A stretch of 64,000 nt of DNA from assembly GCA_965235115.1 (NCBI GenBank), contig OZ249436.1, positions 15,688,001 through 15,752,000 on the forward strand. Direction: 5' to 3'. Positions 25,699 to 38,635 of the stretch are shown here, in pieces. The notes under the pieces were generated by a model. The model was not told where the DNA came from, did not search any database, and worked only from the letters and a program-made list of their open reading frames with translations. The DNA comes from Laetmonice hystrix. Its lineage: Eukaryota. Position 1 is the first letter of the stretch; each line of letters starts with the position of its first letter. A program made the translations under genes and the position numbers.

Positions 25699-26454
25699 CC
25701 TCTATTCTGAATACGGTGTAATGGTTATGTTGGCCATAAGAATAATCCCGGCATTACCGAGCTGCCATTGCCACACGATCTCATCTTTTTATGCACGATG
25801 ATAACGCACACATTTTAGCGTTTCTTTTCAAAACTGTGCTCACAAGTCTGGAAATAAAAAACCTGTTGTCCCACGAGGATCACAATGGGCTCCGAATTTC
25901 AAGCCAATTGGCTCCTTATCAAGTGGACTTATTACACTTGAGCCGGCGGTTGATCCGAGAAACTGAGCCGCTTTTGTCGTCATGATGACACGGGATCGAG
26001 CTGATTGCCTCGCGATTTTGTGTTGATTCGGAGAAGGCCTCAGGACAATCTGTTTGCTATTCGAAACCGAAAGAATTATCCTGTAGTGGATTCCGCAGTG
26101 CATAGAGCGGATTGGGTGAAGGAAAGTTCTCTCTGCACACTGACTATGTTCTCAGCCCTGTCAATACAGGCCGTCATACCATAGAAGGATCTAACGGTTC
26201 AACCGATAAGTGGCACCTGTCAGGAAGTGGCCAAACGTTTCGGGATCCATTTATCATGATGACTCATTCACCTCACTAGTATAATAATAATAGTTAGTAC
26301 ATTGATTGGTTTATGGCGTACCATAAACATGGATTCGCAGATTAATTTTGTGGTCGAAAAAAAAACAACTGCATAGTTGATTGACTGGATTGTCGAATCG
26401 GAACCAGTAACAGCCATGATAAACCAGAGCGCGATCTCCTCTATGCCCCCCGCC

Positions 26455-26611
26455 CAGTGGCGTACCCAGAAACTGGACCCAGGGGGGTGCTGGGGGACCC
26501 AGGGGGCGCTGGAAATAACCAACCAGGGGGCTGTGGGCCACCAAAAAAAATGGGCAAATTGAGGGGGGTGCTTGAGCACCCCAAGCACCCCCCCCCCCGG
26601 GTACGCTACTG
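26455..26611. mobile_element. ~157-bp hAT-like MITE
   Basis: TIR cagtggcgtaccc / gggtacgctactg; near-matching 8-bp C-rich flanks (6 of 8). Confidence 0.75.
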
Positions 26612-27032
26612 CCCCCCTCTAGAGTCAAATCTATGCCCTTATATCATTATAATGAAAACATACCGTTTACATGAGATTAGATCTATCGCTTCTCTGCAAA
26701 ATTACCGTCCCATAAAAAGTTGGTGCGGCGGAAACTTACCCCCCCTCCATTTGCCCCCTCCCTTCCCTTGCTACGCCACTGCCAGGAAGACATCATATCA
26801 GCTCGGCCACTCTGGTGGGAGTTGAAAAGGGCCGTAAAATGTTTCAGGTTCTAAGCACGCAAAAGCTAATGTGTGGCAGAGTGATTGATAGATTTCTTGA
26901 TGTGCTCTATGGTTGCCGGTGTCGTATAGGCATGTAGCAACTCAAACGCCGTCAAATCCAGAATGATTGTTACACGTAAAAATCTATAACAGGTCCATGT
27001 GGGGTTGGAATACGAGACTATTTCACCTCAGG

Positions 27033-27626
27033 ATTGGTCGTTGTTTCCAACAGTTACTGTAACTCAGCATTGGTTGTTGTTTCCAACAGTTACTGTAACT
27101 CAGCATTGGTCGTTGTTTCCAACAGTTACTGTAACTCAGCATTGGTCGTTGTTTCCACCAGCTACTGTAACTCAGCATTGGTCGTTGTTTCCAACAGTTA
27201 CTGTAACTCAGCATTGGTCGTTGTTGTTTCCAACAGTTACTGTAACTCAGCATTGGTCATTGTTGTTTCCAACAGTTACTGTAACTCAGCATTGGTCGTT
27301 GTTTCCACCAGTTACTGTAACTCAGCATTGGTCGTTGTTGTTTCCAACAGTTACTGTACCTCAACATTGGTCGTTGTTGTTTCCAACAGTTACTGTAACT
27401 CAGCATTGGTCGTTGTTGTTTCCAACAGTTACTGTAACTCAGCATTGGTCGTTGTTGTTTCCAACAGTTATTGTAACTCAGCATTGGTCGTTGTTGTTTC
27501 CAACAGTTATTGTAACTCAGCATTGGTCGTTGTTGTTTCCAACAGTTACTCTAACTCAGCATTGGTCGTTGTTTCCAACAGTTACTGTACCTTAACATTG
27601 GTCGTCGTTGTTTCCAACAGTTACTG
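27033..27626. repeat. 33/36-bp minisatellite (~17 units)
   Basis: cattggtcgttg(ttg)tttccaacagttactgtaactcag repeated; unit length varies by one GTT. Confidence 0.97.
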
Positions 27627-30600
27627 CCGAAAGCTGAAACCCTACCCAGCATGTATGGACTTGTCTAAGCTGTCTCGTATAGAAGCAGACTATTAGGGGC
27701 GGACCATTTGATACGGTGGGGGAGGGGCTGCGGGTTTTTTGAAAAAAATCATCTGTTCACCAAACGCAGAGGGGGGAAGGCCTCGGAAGCGAGTAGGCTG
27801 GGCGCCCCCCTTAAATTTTCCAAAGATCCATCAAGAGAGGCATAGGAACCGGGGGCAATATCAAAAGTGAGGGGCTGAAGTGTCTTTCCGCTCCCCCAAC
27901 ACCATGCCCCTAAATTCATATAGGCCTCCCTGGGACGGCCAGATCACGCAGGGCTCTTCATTTCAATCAGAATTTGATCCCCAGATGCCGGGCAATACAG
28001 TTTTGGGCCTTCCAAATTTATGTTTTGTCCGGGGAGCCAACTTTAACATAATCTAAAGGGAGGTCCCCTTGACCCCCGCTGACCAAAAAAAGCTATACTA
28101 GGCGCCTCAGGAAGTCAGTTTATCAACGATTTCAGTTACTGTTTCGCTGGTGGCCCAGCCGTTGTTTATCAAGGGATCAACAGATTAAATGAATATGAAC
28201 CAATGAAGTGAACCTTGATTGAAGTCCTGTTATAATCCAGCCGGAATCAGTGGGTGATTGGACCCCGGCTCGTATCTCATGGCTAGACTGACAATCTAAT
28301 GGACGAAGCTCGTCCTCTTTCATTTCCCGGACAATCCGCTCTGGGAGTAAACCAGAGAAAGGGTGACATCGGGTCGGGAATATACCGTATATTGATGACG
28401 TTTTGGTTAGGGTCGTATACCTGACTGAGATGACTAAGGATTGTATACATGAACAAACAGATTGAGAATTGAGAATTCTGCCAGGTTCGTCCCGAATTGT
28501 TTGGAATGACGCGAGTATTGATATCCACCGACAGTGATTATAGAAGAGACCCGGATGTTAGCTCTCGTCTGGAATTAGTGCACGTATATGGGCAAGCAAT
28601 ACACCGCTTCTCGTAAACAAAGTCATAATAGGTCGAACTAAAAAGTTTGACAAAATACACGCCTGAATTAAGTATCACTACAATAAAGATATACAGTAAT
28701 TATATTACATAGTTGATGATTTGTCCGCCAGCCAATGGGAATCCACTCTATGTAATAAGATCACTATCTGGTATTTTGCTGTCCATTAGTTGCATTATGG
28801 ACCTTGTGTATTGTAAAGATTTGACTTTGATCTTCTTAGCGTATTCCCACGAAAGGGCACACGAGTATGCCTTGGCAGTAGGGATCTCTGTCATCTCCCT
28901 AATTGTGCATTCTGCCTCTTCAGATTCGACCCCTTGGAGGGAGTTCGTCTATCACAGGGGAGACCCCGTGCAATTATAGCAACGAAGAAGCAAATGAGCC
29001 AAAGTTCCCCGCAAACAAGACATGTAACTTGTAACGGCCTTTAGCACTTTACCCAACTGCAATATGGTTCCTGGTTCTTGATTCATTTGGAGTCCCACTA
29101 GATTGGTTTTAAACTGCCAGAACTTGGGGGTCTTATTATACTATTATAATGAAGATAAAACGGTCCAGATTAAATTCACCCATTATAGTATAATGGTACA
29201 GTTGTATAATTTATACTTATATAATTATAATCATATATCAATACTCCACTGGCTTTAGCGCATGGCTCAGATCTTTTTCTATAGGATGACCAGATTTGTA
29301 AAAATAATGAACAAAAAGGAATTAAGGAACATGTGGCGTTCAAGCAATATGGACGACTACCCACGACTAGCCCTAGTCGCACGACTGAACTGATCGCAGG
29401 GAATCGCAGGTCCTAGTGGGACCTAGGCATTAGAAGACCTGCCTTATTTTGTTTTTTTAAATAAGACAGTGCGAGACAGAATTCTCTGTGTGGGAGAGCG
29501 TTTCCTTGAAGTTTGTCGATACGATATGGAATAGACTGGCAATAAATGTGAATTAATATTATAATATTGATGTAGGGGAAAGACATATTTCCTTAATATA
29601 AAATTAATCAACGAGAAATACAGAAGGCATAAGCTTCATAGATGGTTCATTGATACCTATAGGCCTATCTGATGTTCATTATGTGCATCTAAACGAAATG
29701 ATTTTAACGATGTTAATTGTAACATGGCTGACTGGCGTATACTGTTCTCTTTGATATCAAACCTGAGAGAAGTTACTATATGTCTACACACCCATGAAAG
29801 GACGAGATACAATTATACACCAGCCCCGACTGTTCGGGACATCCCGTAGTCGTATGGATACCTCCTTCCTATTGCGAACAGTGAAATCGCGAACGAAGTA
29901 ATCAGGGACTATTGTCCATACGGGTCCACGCCTCGGAACATGCAGAGGACGTACGTATAGGCATTGAACGTTACAAAATGATTATGTATATCCAGACAAT
30001 GATTTGGAATGATCTTCCAGACATATGCGCGCACACTTCTATATAATCACATTCGTATCGAAATGCCATATCATTAAATCCAATGTGAATAATGATGGTG
30101 ATTGTAGGAGTATGGCGAATATTGTACACATCTGTGTATGTAACGAGGACGACGTGTATTGACCGAGTTGTTTCCCTGCTCCATCAGTAACGTTGTGTGA
30201 TTGTCGTAGAAATGTGCCGATAGACAACACGACCAACCAGGACAGTAACCTCGCCTGCTTCATTAAAACTCAGCCGCCCAGTATTGAATGTGCAAACCTG
30301 TCTCCTGAAATGGAACCGTCAAGGGCTGGACCGTGGGAGAGGAAATTAGATCGTCATCGAATAACTTCTCAATCCGATATTCACAGTTCGACGACCCTGC
30401 CGGTGGAGTTGTCATCAGTGATAAATCACGGTTTTACACTGGTCAAAGCAAGTATCTCAATAAAAACAAATGAAATATAGACATTCCTTAAAGAAGTTCA
30501 GCAAAATTAATTTTGCCGTGAATTTTAGTTAGAAGTTGGTCGGACGGTTAAGACGTACACCGGAATGCAATTAGTTCAGGTTGCTATGATATCTGATTTC

Positions 30601-31108
30601 GAAAGACGATTTTTAAAACTCATTTTTGCCCATGGTGACGTTCAATGAAACCATTTAGTTAACTTTTTATTTATATATTTGTTAAGTATTGAAATTATGA
30701 GTTACAGTGAAATGCAGCATCATTTCCAAATATTAAATACCAATCTATATTCACATGTCAGCGTCTACAGTATTTGTGTCATTCTATGAGCTCTTTCTGA
30801 TTGATCAATAAAATGTCGTTATCTGGAATGCCCTTATTTTGCTCTCTCTGGACCACGTTTTTTTTCGGGAATATGATAATTGTTCCAGATCCGTGTCATG
30901 TTTTGCTCACTCACCCAGTCACAATTTATGAGGCGATTTATTCACACTGTTTACAAACCGACTGTAGTTTTCGTTTTGCAGTGTATATTATCATCCATAA
31001 TTATTATTACCTATCATCTAAATATAGATCAATCCGCACAATGACATGATTGTTTCAGGGATGTGCGAACATTCAACAAAAGTTGATTCCTGCTCTGTTT
31101 TGTTACAG

Positions 31109-31856
31109 ATACATCGCCATCGTCCACCCGATCCGGGCTCACATTCTGTGCAGCAGAATGAAGATAGTTCTGGCTATCGCAGTCATCTGGCCCACTTCGC
31201 TTCTCCTAGGGCTCCCCACCGCATTATTCAATCAGGTCCGGAGACCGCACGCCAACTTCCCAGTGAAGCTTTGTATGATGAACATCCCTAGAGGTTACTA
31301 CCTGGGATACAAGTTCACGGAGTTCGCACTTTTCTTCATAGGGCCGGTGCTTATCCAAAGCATTCTATACGCCATCATCTGTAAGCAATTATTTGTAGGC
31401 ACTCAGGAGCTCCACAGACGTCCAGCAGTAAATAGAAGCGACGGTACATGCGCCCGCGAAGACTCGGACGCCATCAAAGCTCGCAAAGGTGTCGTCAAGA
31501 TGCTTATTGCTAGTGTACTGGTATACTTTTTTAGCTACGCCCCAGCTCAATTACCGCTGCTGTACAATACCATATCGACCAAAGTGTTTTCTCAAAATTG
31601 GTCATTTCTTGTCCTCGTCATGACTCTCGCCTATGTCAACTCGGCCGCCAATCCCATTCTATATTGCATCTTCAGCCAGAACTTCCGTCGTCGTTTCAGT
31701 CGTGCTCTTTGCGCATGCGTCAGGCGTAAAGACGTACCCGGTTACCAACGGAAGTGTTCAGCGACAGTGGAGACGTCACTCGGAACACGTGGTGTCGTCA
31801 GATTTACGAGTTTGCGAACTAACACGGCAACAACGGCTCTGATGTCAGAGGCGTAA
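31109..31856 (+). CDS. Terminal exon of a class A rhodopsin-like GPCR, probably a neuropeptide receptor (end of TM3 to C-terminus)
   Basis: Splice acceptor ctctgttttgttacag immediately before (R)YIAIVHP, i.e. a phase-2 intron in the E/DRY motif. TM4 W, ECL2 Cys, TM5 P..Y, basic ICL3 end KARKGVVKML, TM6 FSYAP, TM7 NSAANPILY, helix 8 SQNFRRRF, stop TAA. Confidence 0.95.
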
Positions 31857-32403
31857 TCAATGCAGTTGGACTAGGATCCATTTTTTAATTAAAAATGCAC
31901 GATTGGTGATGACAGCATCCGACAGTTGGTACGAGTAAGTATGAAATCGACGGGTCTCATCAGCAGGCGTATTCTCCGATCGAGATACGGGAAAACCTGT
32001 AACGTAATCGAGATAGTCTTAACGACGAATCATTGTAACCAATGTGAAGGTAATCAGTAACTTATTAAGTAACGAGCAGATGATCGTGTCTCATTTCACA
32101 ACTAAGGTATTAAGTATTAATCGTTCAACATTGTGGTGACCACATTGATGATACCCCAACACACAGAACGAAATATAAGTCCCGGATAGAATAGTTTCCG
32201 TCGCTTTGATCATGACATGCTACGTCCTAAAGACGTGCCTCGAAACGGTAAACCGATTATCATTCTCTGGATTACCCAGTGCTCCACCGGTTTTCATTGT
32301 TGGTCTCACATGTCTTTTATGGTGTCTTATATAGTGGCATATAGTGTCGAATTATTAGCCAATCAATATCGATATTTGTGTTGGCCTTTTTGTATGTTTA
32401 TTG

Positions 32404-32429
32404 AATAAAAAGGAGTATAAAAGAATAAA
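32404..32429 (+). promoter_or_regulatory. Candidate polyadenylation signals for the GPCR
   Basis: Two AATAAA hexamers ~550 nt after the stop; common by chance in AT-rich DNA. Confidence 0.3.
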
Positions 32430-35400
32430 AGCCAACCAAATTAATTACGTCATTACTGTAAGAATAGTCTTATTAAAATCAAAATATTATAATCAATTGA
32501 TGTATGCTAAACGTCAGGATGGGGGAGAAACACAACAAAACTTCAATGATTACCGGAGCATCTTTCTTTTAGTATTTGTTATTGATAGGTCTAGTTGATA
32601 TAAATAACGCGTCAATTACAAATTTTCGTCTTTCAGGTTCCAATGTGTGTAGTAGGTTGTATGGATACACGTTTGCGAGTGATGCTTCCCCATATAGGCC
32701 CTATCAAGTCGTCAAACTATTATTACCAACATTTTTTACATAAACGTATATAATACAATTCTTTCAAAGAAGTGTTTCAAACAATAACACTAGATAAAGC
32801 CTGGCATATAGATGTTCACTTAGTGGCCTAACAGAAACGACATCAACGATCATTCTTTTGAAACAAAAATGTCAGGGCATTCTTCTATTAGGATGTTAAA
32901 GGGATCCAAAATATTGCGTTAAAAATTTCTGTTCTAGACTATCTGTTCTAGACATGGCCGTTGATTTCGTGTTGTACTACATGGAGTGTCATATTTAACC
33001 TGTGAAATTAGGGGGACTCATACATCAGGCTGATCGCAAATCGTATGCGTTGTAGGCGGTATACAATCAATACAAGTATGTTCCCGATAACATTAGTGGG
33101 CAGTTTTAAAATTAGTCAGCATAGGCCACCGAAGCAACACGTTTTACACTTGCGCGCCACCTCGTGGTGACAACAATCTTTCCCCGGTATTTGTAGAGAA
33201 ATCTGATACTACAATGTTAATCCTGTGTTGTACGGTCGGTACATCCTAACAGTGACAGATCTTATTATAGTATCTAATATTATAGTAACGATTTTTTTCA
33301 TACGGATACTAGAAATAAATGCCGGTTGAATGTCAGGTCAGATGAGGAGAACCATTACCACATCATGGTCACTTTTGACATTTTGTTAACAAAGTAAAAG
33401 TAATAAAGGTTACCACAAACTTCGCACACTTCCGAGTATTATTAGTATTGAGATGTGCAATATATGGGGGAAATCTTCAAAATTGGTCAGATGATCTCAC
33501 TGCCATCCGTCTTACGGAAAGATGTTGACTCCTGGAATGTTTTTTTTTCAGCGTGGTTATGGAAACTATGTCATGTACTTTGGTAGAGGTCATTGACATT
33601 TGAGCGTTTCAAATCCCATGGGACGCATCGACTAATGTGGAGTGCGTGAGGAGAAAATGAGAGAAAGAATAATTCCTATTATTTAATTCAATGAAAAAAT
33701 CCCCCGTCATACCCCGAAAGGGTAATGTAGTACAGTTATGATTTTCGAAAAAGTTTATATTATGAACAGATGGTGGAGGATGTACGGAGAACCCTTTCAG
33801 ACCATGGACTAAACTGTTTATGTAATTTCTAAACATCGTGATCTAAAACGTTTTATTTTCGTTGGTTTCTTTTTGTGCAATTAATTGAAACATAATTAGT
33901 ACAAGCGTTCATTGTGTCGGTAGTCATGGGCTAATGATCATGTACTGTATAGTGGGGCAGATCTCAGACTGCAGATAACGTTATTGCAGACTATATTTAT
34001 ATGTTACGTAAACGTAATGTCAAGTGACGTATAATATTCGTTCTTAACCTTGTACATAAGCCTCCTCCAATTTATTCATTTCGATACTGAGAGGAGGAAA
34101 ATAAGTCAGGTACATGGATGGGTAGCATATTGCGGATTATACACTTACCTTAACATTGGTGATAGCAAGACGTCTCCGGACGTGACACTGGTATTCGTCC
34201 TGTCCCAGGACATGTTACAATGACGGATACAGACACAAACATTAATCAGTACTACTTTATACAGGGGTCATATTTTGTATGATTCTGACCAGAACTTAAC
34301 ATTAGCTATGTATGCTCTGTGTGTATATGTGTAAATGTAAGGACTAATAAATTAGGGTGATGTGACGCAAGGTACTCTGAGTTATAGATGTTATTACAAG
34401 TTTCAGGAAATTTAGCAAAACACGGGCGGCCTTAAACTTAAACCTCGTGCGTGATTGGTTGAAGACAATTGGATAAACTGTCGTTTATAGCGGCGGAAAG
34501 AGTGCGCGTCTGTGACGTCACGATATGGTGGAGGGGGCAACCTGCCCTTATAAATCTGACTCTCAAACATTTAAAACACCTCCCGCCGACTTTGTAGGAC
34601 TAATGTGAAACAAAATGATGGTTTTGTTAAGTTCTGTCCCTGATTTGCACGCCAGGACACGTTCTTGACGCCATCTGTCTTTATATTTTTAACGCCTTCG
34701 TAACAGAAGGTAATACGGCAAATTGGTGGTTATATGAAAAAATACCCCATGACAAAGACTGAATTGCCTGGAGCAGTAATTTATTGTAATGGTTTATTTT
34801 ATGGGCTTTTAACTTAGGCATCCTTTAGCAAAGCACATCACTTAATACAATTTTAAATCAAGTGCGACAGTCGTACTATCGACACATCAAGTAGGGAATA
34901 TAGTCATGATAGTGCCATCGACTTAAAATGGTTCACCGTTCATATAACGATGTTCGACGGCACATCGCGATCATGATTACATCACCAACGGAAGCTACAA
35001 CTCGGCACCAGTAATGTATTACACGAGACTGAGTGTCTCACGTAATGGCTGTTTGTCATGAGTAGATTACGTAGTCAGTAATGAGTTAAAATTCAAATAT
35101 CGATTAAAGGCAAAATTAGATAGCCCCTCGGAAAGCATGGTAACTCAATATTCATCTAGTAGAAACCTCTACATAATCGTCTTATAATCAGTCATAGGCG
35201 GCGGAAGCAAAATGTCCTCCCCCCCCCCAATATATTGTTCCGCCGCTAACAGTCTAAAGTGCTGAACCCACCAAGGCGATTCCCCTTGCCACTACCATGC
35301 GGTTTTTGATTTAATGGTGGAATTTCACTCTGAAATTTTTCCTGGCTGGCCTTCTCCGTTTCAGGAAATGGGTTCCATCCTCTAATCTCAAAATTACAGT

Positions 35401-37751
35401 CAAATAAAAGGGTGATGTCAAAATCGCATGGGCGTCGCAAGGGGAATCGCCTTGGTGGGTTCAACACTAAAACTGGAGGGTCATATGGTGTGAGGCGTAT
35501 GACGACGGTCAGCCCGTTCGGATTGCCTGCCCCTCGCTGCTCACTTTGTACCTGAGGGAGAAGTCGTCCCCACATACCCGATTCCCTCCGACCCGATGGT
35601 CGCCGACCCAGGTAAGATGCCATGGTTAGATAGGCGAGACAGAGATGACCGGAAAACGGGGGAATATCATCCACGTACCTCGGCGTCATACCTGGTTTGG
35701 TATCCTGATGTAAAATGGGTTGCATAAACTTCAGTGGAAAGTCCCGCTGGTGAAATCCCCCAACAGCCATGGCTCACTGGTTTCACTGAGTTCCATTGGC
35801 GAGAAGGGTCACGCAGCCCTCCGATCATGTGACCCCAACCTGAGGTAGGAGTCCCTGATCGGTGGTCAGATCGATGACTGGCCAGCCGTCGACTGGTCCA
35901 TCTGTCAGCAGACTGACGGCGTGGAGACGTTTGGGGGGAAAGTCTACCAACAGAAGCTATCCCCATGAAGCGAAACGGTGTGTGGCTCAACTATACAATA
36001 TAAAGTTATCATCCTGTCCAAGGGACGTAGAGAATGAATCCGTCAATTAACCCTCCACCCTCGCCCATATTTTGCTATGTTTGCCGTCCCAAGTTACTAG
36101 AGAAAAGAGCAGATTAAAAATCGGAATGTATACAACGCCCGCGAAGGGAAGATAATGGCTCCGAGTTACGTTTCATCACCACGGGTGATGAAATCAATTA
36201 TGTATCACTCTTTAAATGGTCGGAGTGAATGCAAAAGCAACCGGTCCCAAAATCCTATCGTCAATATAACATGGAATCGTTTTAGACGAATTTCTTTTCC
36301 AGTCACAAACGAGATGCGTGTAGAGACCGACTTCTGGGACAGGGAGCGAGAGATGATGCAGAAGAAATGGATACCAGGTATAAATGCTGACTTCAATGTA
36401 TCAGAATAATATTGTTTTATGTGTCCTTCACACAGAAAGCGCTCGAGCTACTCTTTTGTGGTCTCCTCACAGACTCCTCCACTTTCGTTCCTATAGTGCG
36501 TTTCTCTTTTGTTTTGCGTCTTTTGTTTTGGTTTCCAAACAATGAGCGCGCGAACATCTCGGAGAGATGGAAATAATCGCAAGGCAGTGCTGAGTACAGC
36601 AATAATCTGTATGGTCAGACGTGCTACACAATAGGATACGTTCTGATTTCTTAGGGAGATTGCACCCAGCCACGCAATGAACTCTAATAAAGTAGTAGTA
36701 CGCGTTGTCATCACAACCTTAAGGTGAATTCATGCCAATATTAATGTTATCACGACAGACTATTCTATACAGCAGCGGCTCAATAACGGACAAGGTGAGA
36801 GAATATCCACCAAACCTTCTCCCGGAAATGATTCACAAAACTGGCAGCTACTATTGTTATCCTAAAGGAAGGGCGAAGGAAAGTGGGGGGGGGGGGATTT
36901 GTTACGATTTCAGCCATTTGCAACAGTCATTGCCGAGTAAATGACGTCCTACGTAGAATAGTGAAAGTAGGACATAGATCTTACGTTTAAACATATTGGG
37001 TTCCCCAAACAATATATTCAGCAAATGACCTTAGCACTATAGGTCCTCGTATATGCATCATTGCTAATGTTGTGTTGAAAGGTCATTTAATTATAAGCTT
37101 TAAAGTCGCCATGTCTCACAAAAAACGATGACAAGCACTTCTTCCTTAATTACCATTCGGTTATGTTCTCATATCTTGTCCTCACGACGGACTCAGACAT
37201 TAGAAAAAACGTATTTTTTTACTTTTTCGTGCTTCCATGCAATAATTACCTTTTGTTTCAGAATTCAGTTAAGCTCTCCACGTCTAATAACTGCGTCTAG
37301 CCTTACATAAAATTGGTTGTGATTATAAGACCGAAAGACGTGACTCTTGACTGGCGCCGAGGGGTATAGACAATTGAATCAAAACGTTAATATCTCTCAT
37401 AACGAAAGATAATGCGTACATTATGCTGAAATGAATTGTGCTGATGTCTGACCAGAAGCGTGTGTACCAACACCCACGGAGTTCATACTGTAGGTATACG
37501 GGCATTCTCCATTCGTGACGGGCTCCACGTTATCTGGTTATAAGTTTCACTGGGTCGATAGCCGACTGCCCTTCGGACCAGATCATTCTCGCCTTCTCTG
37601 ACTGGAATAGGATGGCGGGACGGGCTGGTGTGTCGGGGGAGTGAATTACAACACAGTGAAGGTTTTCTAAGGGAAGGTTCACACTGAGGATTTCCCCAGG
37701 GTAATACCCGGGTCAGTGGTGGTGAGCTGTATGTGAACGCGCTTAACCCCG

Positions 37752-38124
37752 TGTAACGTTTTTAAATTCACCCCTCCCGAACCCCCCCCCCCCCGAATTT
37801 AAAAATCGTTTTCAAATTCCTCCCCCCATTTTCAAATCCTCCTCCAAGAATTTGAAAACGTTTTCAAACTCACGAAAAGGAAATTAAAAATGTTTTCAAA
37901 TTCCTTAGGGGGAATTTAAGAAAGTTGTCAAATTCTGTGGAGGGAGGATTTTTGGTCGAAAGTAAAGATCCATAGCCCTGACCTTATCCCTAACCCCGGT
38001 CCCTACACCTCCCAAAAACATATCCCTATCCTATCCCTATCCCTGAGCTTAACCCGAACCCCTGTCAAAATATATTGTGATGAAGTTATCATAGGGGAAT
38101 AACGGGGAATTTGAAAACGTTACA
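37752..38124. mobile_element. MITE with TGT...ACA termini
   Basis: tgtaacgtttt.aaattc / gaatttgaaaacgttaca; internal ttttcaaattc repeats and a (ccctat/ccctaa) tract; no clear TSD. Confidence 0.6.
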
Positions 38125-38577
38125 GCTAAAAATAATAAAACATATTATAGTAACGACCTTCAGTTCCAATTTCCCGAAATTACACCATTCTAAACCCAAC
38201 AGTTTTTGTGCTAACATCTATTTACACCTAAAACGGTCAAGATCACATAAAGGTCATTGTAAGGTCACACCAAGGTCAAGGTAGAACAAAAAGAAAGTTG
38301 GCCCCTCTGAGACCCGAACTTGATGCAATTTCTACCATTATTTTAGAAGTTATGCCAGATTGCCCAAAACTGGCGCACGCCATTTTCTTTGATTAGCCGC
38401 CATCTTGACACCATGATTGGGGGCGCTGGAGTTTTTCCCTGCTCCAATCTTTTTTATTTCACAAGGGGGTGGAAAGATGTGTTTTGGTACCTCAATATAA
38501 GCTAAAAACATGCTTTCCCGGGACAGCAGTGTGAACCTGGCTTTAGTATCTATGTACCTTTCTGCCTCCTCTTAGCT

Positions 38578-38635
38578 ATCGCCATCGCCATCGCCATCGC
38601 CATCGCCATCGCCATCGCCATCGCCATCGCCATCG
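38578..38635. repeat. (ATCGCC)n hexanucleotide microsatellite
   Basis: Direct reading, ~9 units. Confidence 0.95.

Noticed and set aside
31050..31108. N-terminal MFQGCANIQQKLIPALFC of the GPCR ORF
   Set aside because: Intronic read-through; it ends in a polypyrimidine tract and AG acceptor, and GPCR similarity starts at RY.
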